A stretch of 39,660 bases of DNA from Acidobacteriota bacterium (GTDB taxonomy: Bacteria > Acidobacteriota > Polarisedimenticolia > Gp22-AA2). Positions within the stretch are counted from its first letter, which is position 1, and the number at the start of each line of letters is the position of its first letter. The notes below the pieces were generated by a model that did not search any database, was not told where the DNA came from, and saw nothing but the letters and a program-made list of their open reading frames with translations. The stretch covers positions 1 through 39,660 of the forward strand of contig JBGPED010000002.1 in assembly GCA_041482595.1 (NCBI GenBank), read 5' to 3'. A program made the position numbers and the translations under genes. Shown here piece after piece: positions 10,984 to 20,794 of the stretch.

Positions 10984-12759
10984 ATGACAGCGATCCGGAT
11001 CCTCGAGCCGAACGTCGCGAACCAGATCGCGGCGGGGGAGGTCGTCGAACGCCCGGCGTCGGTGGTCAAGGAGCTCCTGGAGAACGCCCTCGACGCCGGG
11101 GCCGCGCGGGTGGACATCGCGCTTCAGGGCGGCGGCGTCGACCGGATCCGGGTGGCCGACGACGGCTCCGGAATGGAGCGGGACGACGCGCTCCTGGCGT
11201 TCGAGCGCCACGCGACCAGCAAGATCCGCCTGGCATCCGATCTGAAGGCCATCCACAGCTATGGTTTCAGGGGCGAGGCCCTGCCGTCCATCGCGTCCGT
11301 GTCGCGCGTGATCCTGACGACGTGCACCGGCGGCCCGCAGGGGACGCGGGTCCGCCTGCGGGCCGGGAAGGTCCAGGCCGTGGAGCCGGCGCCGCACCCG
11401 CGTGGCACGACCGTCGAGATCGAGGGACTCTTTCACAATGCGCCGGCGCGTCGGAAATTCCTGCGTTCGGCGGCCACCGAGACCGGCCACGTCGCCGCGC
11501 TCGTCAGCCGGACCGCCGCGGCCCACCCCGGCATCGCCTTCACGCTCACGAGCGGCGAGCGTGAGCTGGCGCACTTCACGGCGGCGGCGGACTACCGCGT
11601 GCGGGTGGCGCAGATCGTCGGAGCGACGGAGGCCGCCACCCTGGTCCCGATCGAGCGGCGATCCGGAACGCTGCGGATCGTGGGCCTGGCGTCGGCCCCG
11701 GCCCTGCATCGTTCCACGTCCGCCGACCAGAGCCTGTTCGTGAACGGCCGGCCCATCCGGGATCGGCGGATCCTGCACGCCGTCCAGGCTGCGTATGCCA
11801 CGCTCCTGCCGCGCGGCAGGTACCCGGTGGTCTTCCTGTTCCTGGAGGTGCCTCCCGACGAGGTCGACGTCAACGTCCACCCGGCCAAGGCGGAAGTCCG
11901 CTTTCTCAGGCCCGGAGCCGTGCATGACCTGGTGCGCGAGGCCCTTCTCGAAGGGCTCGGAATCACGCGGCCGTTCCACCGGATCGCGTCGTTCTCGCCG
12001 GGCGTTGCCGAGGCGCAGGCGGACCTCCGAGGGGCGGGATACGGGGTCGCGCCGCCGGGGGGGCCGGGCACGACGCACCATGGAGACACGGCCCCCACGG
12101 CGGATGTCCACGCCGCCGCCTCTTCGATCGGCGGCGATCCCGGGGCCGGTGCGATGGAACGGAGCGCGGCGCTCTTCGACGCGGCGTCTCTGGCCCCCCT
12201 GGCGCAATTCCGCGATTCCTACATCCTGGCTTCCTCGCCCGACGGACTGGTGATCGTCGATCAGCACGCGGCGCACGAGCGGGTGCTGTACGAGAGGCTC
12301 ATGGCCCAGAGTCGATCCGGGAGCGTGGCCGTCCAGAAGCTGCTCTTCCCGGTGACGGTCGAGATCGGTCCCGCCCAGCGCCAGGCGTTCGAGGGGGTGC
12401 GGGACGATCTCGCGGCCCTGGGATTCTCCGTCGCCTCCTTCGGGGAGGGCACACTGATTGTCGACGAGATCCCGGCCCTCCTTCCGGCCGGGACCGTGGC
12501 GCAGCTGCTGCGGGAGCTCCTCGCCGAAGTGCTGGAATGGCGCCGGCCCGAAGGTCTGGAAAGGCTCAGGCACCGCCTCCTGTCGACGGCCGCCTGCCAC
12601 GCCGCCGTCACCGCCAACCATCCGCTCGACGCCCCCCGCATGCGCGCCATCGTCACCGACCTCCTGGGAACGACGATGCCGATGACCTGCCCACACGGCC
12701 GCCCGGTCCTGCTGCGGCTCACCCTCGATCAGATCGAGAAGGAGTTTCACCGGAAGTAG
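10984..12759 (+). CDS. mutL: DNA mismatch repair protein MutL
   Basis: 591 aa. GHKL ATPase N-terminus (IAAGEVVERPASVVKELLENALDAG, DDGSGM, GFRGEAL) and a C-terminal dimerisation domain (QHAAHERVLYE, CPHGRP). Confidence 0.93.
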   Translation: MTAIRILEPNVANQIAAGEVVERPASVVKELLENALDAGAARVDIALQGGGVDRIRVADDGSGMERDDALLAFERHATSKIRLASDLKAIHSYGFRGEALPSIASVSRVILTTCTGGPQGTRVRLRAGKVQAVEPAPHPRGTTVEIEGLFHNAPARRKFLRSAATETGHVAALVSRTAAAHPGIAFTLTSGERELAHFTAAADYRVRVAQIVGATEAATLVPIERRSGTLRIVGLASAPALHRSTSADQSLFVNGRPIRDRRILHAVQAAYATLLPRGRYPVVFLFLEVPPDEVDVNVHPAKAEVRFLRPGAVHDLVREALLEGLGITRPFHRIASFSPGVAEAQADLRGAGYGVAPPGGPGTTHHGDTAPTADVHAAASSIGGDPGAGAMERSAALFDAASLAPLAQFRDSYILASSPDGLVIVDQHAAHERVLYERLMAQSRSGSVAVQKLLFPVTVEIGPAQRQAFEGVRDDLAALGFSVASFGEGTLIVDEIPALLPAGTVAQLLRELLAEVLEWRRPEGLERLRHRLLSTAACHAAVTANHPLDAPRMRAIVTDLLGTTMPMTCPHGRPVLLRLTLDQIEKEFHRK

Positions 12760-12782
12760 CAGCATCCCGAGGCACTTGGACG

Positions 12783-12811
12783 TTGCCGGACCCGGCCGAT
12801 CACCGTATACT
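12783..12811 (+). promoter_or_regulatory. Sigma70-type promoter candidate for the transglycosylase gene
   Basis: TTGCCG (12783-12788), 17-nt spacer, TATACT (12806-12811). The ATG at 12823 is only 12 nt past the -10, which implies a very short or absent leader. Confidence 0.4.
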
Positions 12812-12822
12812 CTCCGCATCTT

Positions 12823-13593
12823 ATGGGATGGTCCAGGACCCTCAGGCTCCCGGTTCTTCAGATCCTGCTGGCGTTTCTCCTGCTGGCCCTGTCCGTCGGC
12901 GGCGCGCGCGCCGACGTTGCCCTGCTGCGCAACGGTCGGTCGCTCCCCGTGACCGACTACCGGAGGGACGGGGACCGGATCCTGCTTTTGATCGAAGGGG
13001 GCGGGGAGATCACCCTGCCCAACGAGCAGGTGGTGGCGATCCGGCGCGAGCCCGCGGCTCCCGCCCCCCCGGAGAAAGGGACGCCCTCGGTGCACGCGGA
13101 TCCGATCCCCGGCCAGCCTCTGCTCTCGGCGCCCGAGCCGCTCGCTCTCGCGGTCCCCGGGCCTCGCGTCGATGCCGACGGACCGATTGAGATCGCCCCC
13201 GGGGAGGTGTTCGACCGAGGGGCGCTGCGCGACCTGGCGGCGCGGATCGCGCGCAAGCACCGGGTCGACGAGGGGCTCGTCCTGGCCGTGATCGAGGTCG
13301 AGTCGCGCTACGACGCCTTCGCGGTGTCACCGCGCGGCGCGATGGGTCTGATGCAGCTCATGCCGGATACGGCCGCGCGCTTCGCCGTGCGCAACGCCTT
13401 CAATCCGGTGGAGAACGTGGACGGCGGCGTGCGCTACCTGAAGGAACTCCTGACGCGCTACAGCGGCCAGGTCCGGCTGGCGCTGGCCGCTTACAACGCC
13501 GGGGAAGACGCGGTCGATCAGTTCAAGGGGATCCCGCCCTTCCGCGAGACCCAGCAGTACGTCGTGCGCGTCCTCAAGGCGCTGCCGAGATGA
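12823..13593 (+). CDS. Secreted lytic transglycosylase (SLT domain)
   Basis: 256 aa. N-terminal signal peptide (LLAFLLLALSVGGARA). SLT catalytic region VIEVESRYDAFAVSPRGAMGLMQLMPDTA and AYNAGEDAV. Confidence 0.85.
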   Translation: MGWSRTLRLPVLQILLAFLLLALSVGGARADVALLRNGRSLPVTDYRRDGDRILLLIEGGGEITLPNEQVVAIRREPAAPAPPEKGTPSVHADPIPGQPLLSAPEPLALAVPGPRVDADGPIEIAPGEVFDRGALRDLAARIARKHRVDEGLVLAVIEVESRYDAFAVSPRGAMGLMQLMPDTAARFAVRNAFNPVENVDGGVRYLKELLTRYSGQVRLALAAYNAGEDAVDQFKGIPPFRETQQYVVRVLKALPR

Positions 13594-13603
13594 CCCCCCG
13601 CCC

Positions 13604-15130
13604 TCACGGTCTGCAGCGGGCGTGGGGCGGCACCCCTTCCTGAAGCTCCAGGATTCCGCGCTCCGCTGATCGGAAACGCCTGACCTCGCTGGCGGTCCGG
13701 AAGTGCGACTGCGCCGCGCCGCGATGCCCCCGGGCCTTCTCGACCAGGCCATGGTAGAGCTCGATCCACCCCGCCATCCAGGCGGGGGGATCCGGGGCGC
13801 GCTCCTGCGCCGCGTCGAGATCCCTTTCGGCTTCCGCGAATCGACCCCGGTCGAAGTGGATCTTCCCCATGAGAAACCGGGGCAGGGGGTCGCCCGGATG
13901 AGCCGCGGCGGCGGCCCCCAGGAGAGCGAGTGCCTCCGAGTCATTGCCGCGGGTGAGCGCGGCGAGGGCCACGTGCACCTGGGGCGCCAGGCGTGGCCCG
14001 TGTGGATTCTTCGCCACGAGGGCCGCGGGACTATGGCCGTCCTCCGGGACGGGCGCCGGTGCTATCTCCTGCTCGCCCCCCTTCTGCGCGATCTCCGTCG
14101 CGACGCGCTCGGACAGCTGGCGTTCCCGCGCGGGCAACGTGGCGCGGTCTCCCACGTCCTTCAATGTTTCGCCGGCGCGCGCCAGGCGCCAGTCGGCGGT
14201 CAGGGCCTCGGCGAGATACAGCTTCAGGATGCGCCGCTGCTCCAGGCGCTCGGTGCTCTCGCCGGAGGCGGAGGCCAGGGCCTCTTCGAAGGCGCGGATC
14301 GCCTCCGGGTAATATCCCAGCCTCATCTTGACGCCGCCGATGGATCCGAGCAGGAGGGGCGAGGCCGGGTCTTCGGCCAGCGCCGCGTTCAGGTGGCCGA
14401 GGGCGTCGTCGTAGCACCGCTCGTCCTTGCTCCCGCAGATGAGGGCCAGAAGAAGGCGCGCGTCGGTGTTGAAATAGGCGTTGGATGACGCCGTCGTCCT
14501 GAGCTGCCTGAGACCGAGCTCGGCGTCCCCTTTGGGCATGAACAGGAGACCGCGCGCCAGGCCGGGCAGCTTCTCGGTGTAGTAGTTGTACGCGCCCAGC
14601 CCGAACAGGGCCTCCCGCTGGGACGGATCGATCTCGAGGGCCGCCTCGAGCATCTTCTTGCCGCGTCTGGCCTCCTGCGCCGCCCTGAAGAAGTTTCGGC
14701 GCAAGCCTTCCACCTGCGAGCGCAGGATGTGGGCCGTGCCGATGCAGGTCAGGAGGCGGACATCGCCGGGCGTGGTTTCGAGCCTGAGCCGGCCGCTCTC
14801 GACCACGTGCCCGGCGGCCCGGAGGAACGCCTCGTCCAGGGTGCGATCGGATCGATCCTGGATCATGCGCCACCAGAAGGTGAACGCGATGAACAGGTCG
14901 GGCGCGGGATCCCCCGGCGCGGCGCGCGCCGCCTGGCGAAAGGACTCCTCGGCTTTCGCGTAGAGACCATCGTGGAGATCCTTCAGACCCGAGCGGACGA
15001 AGGTGTCGGCCGTGGCCGGGAGGGAGGATGCGGCCGGCGATTCCGGCGCCGCGGAGACGACGGTCATCGCGCCGGCAAGAGAAAGGGCCACCACGAGGAG
15101 AAGGGTGCTTCGACCCGGAGAGCGCCGCAC
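13604..15130 (-). CDS. TPR-repeat protein, secreted
   Basis: The track ORF is 13604..15268. I place the start at GTG 15130 (VRRSPGRSTLLLVVALSLAGAMTVVSA is a signal-peptide-like N-terminus). GTG 15145 and GTG 15268 are alternatives, and 15268 would overlap the divergent HAD gene. There are multiple TPR-like helical repeats. Confidence 0.65.
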   Translation of the reverse strand: MRRSPGRSTLLLVVALSLAGAMTVVSAAPESPAASSLPATADTFVRSGLKDLHDGLYAKAEESFRQAARAAPGDPAPDLFIAFTFWWRMIQDRSDRTLDEAFLRAAGHVVESGRLRLETTPGDVRLLTCIGTAHILRSQVEGLRRNFFRAAQEARRGKKMLEAALEIDPSQREALFGLGAYNYYTEKLPGLARGLLFMPKGDAELGLRQLRTTASSNAYFNTDARLLLALICGSKDERCYDDALGHLNAALAEDPASPLLLGSIGGVKMRLGYYPEAIRAFEEALASASGESTERLEQRRILKLYLAEALTADWRLARAGETLKDVGDRATLPARERQLSERVATEIAQKGGEQEIAPAPVPEDGHSPAALVAKNPHGPRLAPQVHVALAALTRGNDSEALALLGAAAAAHPGDPLPRFLMGKIHFDRGRFAEAERDLDAAQERAPDPPAWMAGWIELYHGLVEKARGHRGAAQSHFRTASEVRRFRSAERGILELQEGVPPHARCRP

Positions 15131-15173
15131 GTATCGAGGCTCCACGCCTTCGTTTACTATAGCACGCCATTCG

Positions 15174-15920
15174 ATGGACCCCGGGGCCGCCCCGCGGTCC
15201 CGTGCGTTCGCGGAGGTGTTCGTGATCCGGGGCCCGCACCGCGCCGTGCTCTTCGATCTGTTCGACACGCTCGTGCAGATCGATCCGGAGGCCTACCTCG
15301 AGGGAAAAAGGGAAGAGGCCCGTCTCCTGGGTGTCGATCCCGAGCGGTTCATCGCGGCCTGGATGGAGGTCAGCGACCGGGCGCAGAGTGGTGACCTGCC
15401 CGATTTCACGGCGCGGCTGCGCCACGCCGCCAGGGCCTGCGGGGCGAATCCGGCCGACGTCACCCTCGGGCGCGTTGCCCTCCTGGAGGAGCGGATGACC
15501 ACGATCACGTCGCTCTATCCTGACGTCCTCCCCACACTCGAAGCGCTGCGCCGCGACCGGCGGCTGCGGCTCGGCCTGGTGAGCAACGCCTCGTCCACGG
15601 CCGCTCTTCTGGTGCAGCGGCTGGACCTGGCCCGCCACTTCGATCACCTGGTGTTCTCGTTCCGCGTCGGTGTCCTGAAGCCTGACCCCGGCATCTACCT
15701 GACCGCGTGCCAGGCCCTCGGAGTTCGGCCCGAGGACTGCCTGTTCGTCGGGGACGGAAACGGGTTCGAGCTCGACGGGGCTCGCGCGCTGGGGATGGAG
15801 GCGGTGCGCATCGAGCGCCCCGTCCGGCCGGGACCGTTCCGCAAGGGTGAGAGTCTCACCTTCGATGCCTCCGTCGACGACCTGACACGTGTGCTGGCCT
15901 TGGTCAGGCCCGCCGCCTGA
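15174..15920 (+). CDS. HAD-superfamily hydrolase (subfamily IA-like)
   Basis: Motif I DLFDTLV lies close to the N-terminus if ATG 15174 is used. Motifs SNAS and GDG..D are also present. The track ORF starts at 15003 but overlaps the divergent TPR gene. Confidence 0.8.
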   Translation: MDPGAAPRSRAFAEVFVIRGPHRAVLFDLFDTLVQIDPEAYLEGKREEARLLGVDPERFIAAWMEVSDRAQSGDLPDFTARLRHAARACGANPADVTLGRVALLEERMTTITSLYPDVLPTLEALRRDRRLRLGLVSNASSTAALLVQRLDLARHFDHLVFSFRVGVLKPDPGIYLTACQALGVRPEDCLFVGDGNGFELDGARALGMEAVRIERPVRPGPFRKGESLTFDASVDDLTRVLALVRPAA

Positions 15921-15927
15921 CCGCGAC

Positions 15928-15945
15928 ATCCGGACAACACCGGAT
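15928..15945 (+). terminator. Short hairpin after the HAD gene
   Basis: ATCCGG-ACAACA-CCGGAT perfect 6-bp stem, 8 nt after the stop, followed by TTACACTTT. A weak intrinsic-terminator candidate. Confidence 0.25.
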
Positions 15946-16073
15946 TACACTTTCCGTCATCGCCGCTACGAAAATCGTCTTGCGCCGTGGCGCGGCCGGC
16001 CGGTTTCGAGTTCGTGATCTCCGCAAGACTCTCATAGAACACGCCTTCTGTCGTCCGTCCTCCCGATGTCCCG

Positions 16074-16089
16074 TGGAACGGTTCTTGCT
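16074..16089 (+). promoter_or_regulatory. Sigma54 (-24/-12) promoter candidate
   Basis: TGGAAC-GGTTC-TTGCT against the consensus TGGCAC-N5-TTGCW (GG 16075-76, GC 16087-88, correct 12-nt register). It is 32 nt upstream of GTG 16121, which has a GGAGGGG RBS. Confidence 0.55.
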
Positions 16090-16120
16090 GGTCTTCTGGA
16101 CACGGAATGCGGAGGGGACC

Positions 16121-17521
16121 GTGACACCCAAGGCCAACGTCCTGATCGTCGATGCGAACAGCGAGGCGGTGCGCGCCGAGTCGGGCGTGCTGACGCGCGC
16201 CGGGCACCGGGTCGTCACGGTGGACAGCGGTGCTTTGGCGCTGGAGCGGCTGAAGGCGCAGAGCTTCGATCTGGTGATCGTCGACCACGATCTGCCGGAC
16301 ATGAGCGGGCTCGATGCGCTGGCGCGGTTCAAGGAATCCTCTCCGGAGACGCCCGTGGCGGTCTCCGCCGCCCATCCGGAGGTCGACGCGACCATCGTGG
16401 CGCTGCGCAAGGGGGCGTACGACTATCTCCGCAAGCCGGTGACCGATGATGACCTGATTTCCCTGGCGGACAAGGCCGCCCAGATCAAGCAGATGGGGTA
16501 CGAGCGCAGGCGCGCCGCGGAGGAGCTGCAGTCGGAGAAGGTGAAGAACTTCGAGCTCAGGCGCAATCTGCAGAGTCAGCACACGTTCAGCGCCATCCTG
16601 GGCAAGAGTCCCAAGATGAAACAGATCCACGACGTGCTCCAGGAGGTCACGGCCACCGACTCGACCGTGCTGATCATGGGCGAGAGCGGCACGGGGAAGG
16701 GCCTCCTGGCCCGCATCCTGCACTACAACTCCCCGCGCGCCGATCGTCCGTTCGTGGAGGCGAACTGCGCGGTCTATTCCGAGGGGATCCTGCACTCCGA
16801 GCTTTTCGGTCACGAGAAGGGGGCGTTCACCGGCGCGGTGAAGCAGAAAAAGGGCCGCTTCGAGCTGGCGGACACCGGGTCGATCTTCCTGGACGAGATC
16901 GGCGACATCTCGCCCGCGACGCAGCTCATGCTCCTGCGCTTCCTGCAGGAGCGCCGCTTCGAGAGAGTGGGAGGTGAGGAGACCATCGAGGTCGACGTGC
17001 GCGTCATCGCGGCCACGAACAAGAACCTGCAGGAGGGCATGGAGCGGGGCAGCTTCCGGAACGACCTCTTCTACCGCCTCAACGTGATTCCGATCCACAT
17101 TCCCCCGCTCCGCGAAAGGGTGGAGGACATCCCGATCCTGGGCATGGAGGTCCTGGAACGGGTCGCCAAGAAGATCGGCAAGATCATGCGCGGGTTTTCC
17201 AGCGACGCGATGGACGCGATGACCCGGTACTCCTGGCCCGGCAACGTCCGCGAGCTGGAGAACGTCATCGAGCGCACCGTGATTCTCGCCAAGAGGGACC
17301 TGATCGAGATCAGCGACCTGCCGCCCAACCTGAAGGACGGGACCACGGAGAGCGCCGATGTCAAGCTCTCTCTGCACGAGAACGAGCGGCTGTACATCCT
17401 GAAGACCCTGGCGGAGTGCAACTGGAACAAGAAGCTGGCGGCCTCCGTTCTCGGCATCAACCGCTCCAGCCTGTACAGCAAGCTCAAGAAGTACGACATC
17501 GGTCGGAGCCCGGTGAACTGA
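16121..17521 (+). CDS. Sigma54-dependent response regulator (NtrC family)
   Basis: Receiver domain ([13 protein letters not shown]), AAA+ domain with GESGTGKG and the GAFTGA loop, and a C-terminal Fis-type HTH ([23 protein letters not shown]). GTG 16121 was chosen over the track start 15980. Confidence 0.9.
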   Translation: MTPKANVLIVDANSEAVRAESGVLTRAGHRVVTVDSGALALERLKAQSFDLVIVDHDLPDMSGLDALARFKESSPETPVAVSAAHPEVDATIVALRKGAYDYLRKPVTDDDLISLADKAAQIKQMGYERRRAAEELQSEKVKNFELRRNLQSQHTFSAILGKSPKMKQIHDVLQEVTATDSTVLIMGESGTGKGLLARILHYNSPRADRPFVEANCAVYSEGILHSELFGHEKGAFTGAVKQKKGRFELADTGSIFLDEIGDISPATQLMLLRFLQERRFERVGGEETIEVDVRVIAATNKNLQEGMERGSFRNDLFYRLNVIPIHIPPLRERVEDIPILGMEVLERVAKKIGKIMRGFSSDAMDAMTRYSWPGNVRELENVIERTVILAKRDLIEISDLPPNLKDGTTESADVKLSLHENERLYILKTLAECNWNKKLAASVLGINRSSLYSKLKKYDIGRSPVN

Positions 17522-17580
17522 GTGGAGGGGCGCCGCCGGCGGGGGGCGCGCCAGCCCGCGCCGGCGCCGGAGTCGCGGGC

Positions 17581-19548
17581 ATGAAGGACCTCAACCCGGG
17601 CACCCGGTTCTACATCCTGGCGACCTACACGGCCGCCCTCCTGATCCTGCTGGACGTCCTGCACGGCGGCACCCTCATCTTCGACACCGAATTCCTGATG
17701 CTGGCCCTGATCGGGGCCGTCATGGCGCCGCACACGGTGCACCTGGGGATGCGCGTCGAGATGTCGATTTCGCATCCCTTCATCCTCGCCACGATGATCC
17801 TGCTGGGCACGGCCAACGCCGTGCTGATCTCGATCCTCTGCATCGCCAGCCTGTGCTTCATCCGCACGCCCCGCATGGAGTTCTACCGCGCGCTCTTCAA
17901 CATCTCCTCGTTCGTCATCACCACCTTCGCCACCTGCCGCACCTACGTGTTCTTCGGCGGCAGCGCTCAGGGCGGCGGCGCGGTTCCGCTGGTCGCGCTC
18001 ATGGTCGCGACCCTGGTCTTCTACCTGGTCAACACCTACAGCATCTCCGGGGTCGTGGCGCTCAACGGGCGCCTGAACCTGTTCAAGGTGTGGCACGAGA
18101 ACTTCCTGTGGTCGGCCCCCTCCTTCTTCGCAGGCGGGTCGCTGGCCCTCGGGATGTCCTACTTCCTGCAGCGCTTCGGGATCTACTCGTTCGTCCTGTC
18201 GCTGCCGTTCTGCGTGCTCATCTACTACTCGTACAAGCTGTATCTGGACAAGCTGGAGGAGAAGAAGCAGCACCTCGAGGACATCGAGCGGATGAACGCC
18301 GACCTCGAGCGCAAGGTGAAGGAGCGCACGCAGGAGCTGGAGGTCGTGAACCAGAAGCTCCAGGAGTCGAACCTCGAGCTGCAGCGTGCCAATTCACTGA
18401 AGAGCGAGTTTCTGGCGAACATGTCGCACGAGTTGCGCACCCCCTTGAACGCCGTCATCGGGTTCTCGGAGCTCCTGCTCGACACCGGCTCGGGCGCTCT
18501 CAGCGAGGACCAGAAGGACTACGTCGCGGACATCCTGTCGAGCGGCCGACACCTCCTGGAGATGATCAACGAGATCCTCGACCTGTCGAAGATCGAGGCC
18601 GGCAAGATGAAGGTGAGCGCCGAGGAGTTCGAGATCGGACCGGTCTGCGAGGAGGCGATGGCGCTGCTGCGTGTCGAAGCCGGCCGCAAGCACATCGAGA
18701 TCGTCCTCGAGGTCGAGGACCCCGCGCTCGAGGTGCGCGCCGATCGCAACAAGATCAAGCAGATCATGAACAATCTCCTGAGCAACGCGGTGAAGTTCAC
18801 CCACCCCGGCGGGCGGGTGACGCTGCGGACGCGGCGCGTGGTCGACCGGCTCTCCGTTTCGGTGATCGACACCGGGATCGGCATCGAGCAGGAGGACCAG
18901 GGGCGCATCTTCCAGGCGTTCACCCAGGTCGACGGCTCGTACGCCCGCCGATACCAGGGCACGGGGCTCGGCCTGACGCTGGTGAAGAAGTTCGTCGAGA
19001 TGCACGGGGGGAGAGTGACCCTCGAGAGCCGCTTCGGCGAAGGGAGCGATTTCACCTTCACCATCCCGGGAGTCCTGACCCCCCGGCCCCAGGCCGAGGC
19101 GGCTCCCCTCGCCGACACGCCGGAGGGTGTCAGCCGGCTGACGCACGCCGCCGGACGGCAGGGGAACCTCATCCTCGTGGTGGAGGACAACCCAATTAAT
19201 CTGAAGTTGGTGCGCGACATCCTCAAGGCGAGCGGCTATCGGGTCGCCGAATCGACGACCGGAGAGGAGGCTCTGGATGCCTTGAAGTTCATCCGTCCCG
19301 ACCTCATATTGATGGACATCCAGCTCCCGGGGATGGACGGGCTCCGGGCGGCGCGTCTCCTGAGGGACAACCCGGAGACCCGCGACATACCCGTCGTCGC
19401 CCTGACGGCGCATGTCATGAAGGGAGACGAGGTCAGGGCGAAGGAGGCCGGGTGCGCGGGATACATCCCGAAGCCGATCGAGCCGGGCGAGTTCTCGCGA
19501 CAGATCGCCGCCTTCCTGCAGCGCGGCGGCAACCCGGGCACGAGCTGA
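17581..19548 (+). CDS. Membrane-bound hybrid sensor histidine kinase (multi-TM N-domain, HisKA, HATPase_c, receiver)
   Basis: ATG 17581. About 220 aa of hydrophobic multi-pass segments, a coiled coil, the H-box [11 protein letters not shown], then [15 protein letters not shown] and GTGLGL. The C-terminal receiver carries [13 protein letters not shown]. Confidence 0.9.
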   Translation: MKDLNPGTRFYILATYTAALLILLDVLHGGTLIFDTEFLMLALIGAVMAPHTVHLGMRVEMSISHPFILATMILLGTANAVLISILCIASLCFIRTPRMEFYRALFNISSFVITTFATCRTYVFFGGSAQGGGAVPLVALMVATLVFYLVNTYSISGVVALNGRLNLFKVWHENFLWSAPSFFAGGSLALGMSYFLQRFGIYSFVLSLPFCVLIYYSYKLYLDKLEEKKQHLEDIERMNADLERKVKERTQELEVVNQKLQESNLELQRANSLKSEFLANMSHELRTPLNAVIGFSELLLDTGSGALSEDQKDYVADILSSGRHLLEMINEILDLSKIEAGKMKVSAEEFEIGPVCEEAMALLRVEAGRKHIEIVLEVEDPALEVRADRNKIKQIMNNLLSNAVKFTHPGGRVTLRTRRVVDRLSVSVIDTGIGIEQEDQGRIFQAFTQVDGSYARRYQGTGLGLTLVKKFVEMHGGRVTLESRFGEGSDFTFTIPGVLTPRPQAEAAPLADTPEGVSRLTHAAGRQGNLILVVEDNPINLKLVRDILKASGYRVAESTTGEEALDALKFIRPDLILMDIQLPGMDGLRAARLLRDNPETRDIPVVALTAHVMKGDEVRAKEAGCAGYIPKPIEPGEFSRQIAAFLQRGGNPGTS

Positions 19549-19552
19549 CGCG

Positions 19553-20794
19553 ATGGACCCGATGAGCGCGCCCCTCCCGACCGATGGCCCGCCCGCCCCC
19601 GCGGACCGGGCCGCTACCGGCACCGTCCTCGTGGTCGACGACGACCAGCGCAACGTGCGGTTGATGGAATCGATCCTGAGGGGCAGCGGATACCAGGTGG
19701 TGAAGGCCTACAACGGCGAGGAGGCGCTGCGCGTCGTCGAGACGGCGCCGCCCGACATGCTCCTGCTCGACGTCATGATGCCGAAGATGAGCGGGTTCGA
19801 GCTCTGCCAGAAGCTCAAGGAGCGGTACCAGACACGCCTTTTGCCGATCATCATGGTCACGGCCCTCAACGCTCTCGAGGACAAGGTGCAGGCGCTGGAG
19901 TACGGCGCCGACGACTTCCTGAGCAAGCCGATCAACAAGGTGGAGCTCCTCGCGAAGGTGCGCTCCGTCCTCCGGGTCAAGGCGCTGCACGACGAGCTGG
20001 AGAAGAATCGCCTGGAGATCGAAATGAAGAACCAGGAGCTCATCCGGATGGAGGGGTTCAAGGAATCGATGATGCAGATGGTGGTCCATGACCTGAAAAA
20101 CCCGCTCGCCAGCATCATGGGCAACGTGCAGCTCATCCAGATGCAGAGCGCGGAGAATGTGAACCCGGTGCGGCTCAAGGAGCTCCTGCAGCGCACGCAG
20201 GAGAGCGCCCGCCAGCTGATGCGGATGATCCTGAACATCCTGCAGATCGGCAAGCTCGAGGAGCAGAAGATGCCGCTCAACCTGGAGCCGGTCGCCCTGC
20301 AGCGCCTGGTGCAGGACAACGTGGACGAGATGATGGGGTTGAGCGTGCGTGACAACATCCGGGCCGAAAACCACGTCCCGCCGGACCTGCCGTCGCCGCG
20401 GGCGGATCGTGAGTTGATCAGCCGTGTCATCGCCAACCTCTTGAACAACGCCTTCAAGCACACGCCGGGCGGCGGCCAGGTCATCGTCGACGCCCGGCGG
20501 GACGGCGACGCGGTGATCCTCACGGTCAGTGACACGGGCGAGGGCATCCCCGAAGACCTGCAACCGCGCATCTTCGAGAAGTTCGTGGCGGGGGAATCGG
20601 ACACCTCCAAGCGCATGCTCTACGACTCCGGGCTGGGGCTCACGTTCTGCCGGCTGGCGGTGCAGTGCCACGGCGGCAGGATCTGGCTGAAGAGCAAGCC
20701 GGGAGAAGGCACGACCGTGTTCATCTCCTTGAGTCTGGCCGGTCCCTCGGAAGGGCGGGCCGGGGCGGCCCGCGCAGGGGCCTCGGCGGCATGA
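19553..20794 (+). CDS. Cytoplasmic receiver-histidine kinase (REC-HisKA-HATPase_c)
   Basis: 413 aa. N-terminal receiver (VLVVDDD, LLLDVMMPKMSG), H-box VHDLKNPL, then NLLNNAFKH, DTGEGI and GLGLTF. It starts 4 nt after the preceding gene. Confidence 0.88.
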   Translation: MDPMSAPLPTDGPPAPADRAATGTVLVVDDDQRNVRLMESILRGSGYQVVKAYNGEEALRVVETAPPDMLLLDVMMPKMSGFELCQKLKERYQTRLLPIIMVTALNALEDKVQALEYGADDFLSKPINKVELLAKVRSVLRVKALHDELEKNRLEIEMKNQELIRMEGFKESMMQMVVHDLKNPLASIMGNVQLIQMQSAENVNPVRLKELLQRTQESARQLMRMILNILQIGKLEEQKMPLNLEPVALQRLVQDNVDEMMGLSVRDNIRAENHVPPDLPSPRADRELISRVIANLLNNAFKHTPGGGQVIVDARRDGDAVILTVSDTGEGIPEDLQPRIFEKFVAGESDTSKRMLYDSGLGLTFCRLAVQCHGGRIWLKSKPGEGTTVFISLSLAGPSEGRAGAARAGASAA

